A stretch of 63,951 nt of DNA, counting the filler, from Octopus bimaculoides (lineage: Eukaryota), in NCBI RefSeq assembly GCF_001194135.2. It is 5 parts of 4 records of this genome, joined end to end, with 100 filler letters (N's around TTAATTAATTAA, not from the genome) between each part and the next. Parts side by side here need not be neighbours in the genome. Positions count along the whole stretch, not along the records: positions 57,626 to 63,951 come from NC_069003.1; 4 more parts are not named here. One strand, 5' to 3'. The position numbers and the translations under genes are program-made. Of the stretch, positions 63,501-63,951 are shown piece after piece (within the stretch, counting starts at the first letter, position 1; each line of letters begins with the position of its first letter). The notes under the pieces were generated by a model, which saw only the letters and a program-made list of their open reading frames with translations, had not been told where the DNA came from and ran no database searches.

Positions 63501-63951
63501 GTCAATAATATATTGTCTTTTGGATTGTCATTATAGGATTTGGAAGGAGAATCGTGATCGACTTGTTGGCTTTCCAGGGAGATACCATTCTTGGAGTCAA
63601 TCTGAAAAGAAATTCTTGNNNNNNNNNNNNNNNNNNNNNNNNNNNNNNNNNNNNNNNNNNNNNNNNNNNNNNNNNNNNNNNNNNNNNNNNNNNNNNNNNN
63701 NNNNNNNNNNNNNNNNNNNNNNNNNNNNNNNNNNNNNNNNNNNNNNNNNNNGAAATATATCCCTCCCTTAAAAGCAATTAAATCTGTTGCTTTACTTAGA
63801 ATTTAATTAGATAATCCCCTTAAAAATAGTTTCTTAACCCATTAGCATTCAGATTCTTCAGTCAAATGAAATGCTTATTTATTTACATTGCTTGGAATTA
63901 ATCATGCATTATCTTGTTTATTCTTAGAATGGCATTGTAGGATATGTCTAA

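Overview
AT-rich, microsatellite- and SINE-dense metazoan genomic DNA with many assembly gaps. The repeat families point to an octopus; this is inferred, not verified. Minus strand: seven in-frame exons (28378 down to 464; 1290 nt, 430 codons) of a Par-3/PARD3/Bazooka polarity gene, covering PDZ1, a proline-rich linker, PDZ2 and the first half of PDZ3. The N-terminal CR1 exons and the 3' exons are not visible. Plus strand: two short exons missed by the ORF track (49968-50092, 52802-52884) splice in frame to encode the C-terminal PH-domain segment of long-form intersectin (DH-PH-C2, Cdc42-GEF isoform). They lie antisense in the region where Par-3's 5' intron or upstream region should be. They sit on a contig bounded by artificial N44-TTAATTAATTAA-N44 spacers, so true nesting versus mis-scaffolding is unresolved. 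The rest is decayed mobile DNA: a Penelope-like GIY-YIG fragment, a CR1/L2-type LINE with a Myb-like + CCCH ORF1 and no endonuclease, RTE LINE copies and their (GAT)n tails, a Tx1/L1 3' end, three mariners, a piggyBac deletion derivative, a hAT MITE, foldback/MITE elements, Helentron/DINE-like elements and three tRNA-type SINE families.
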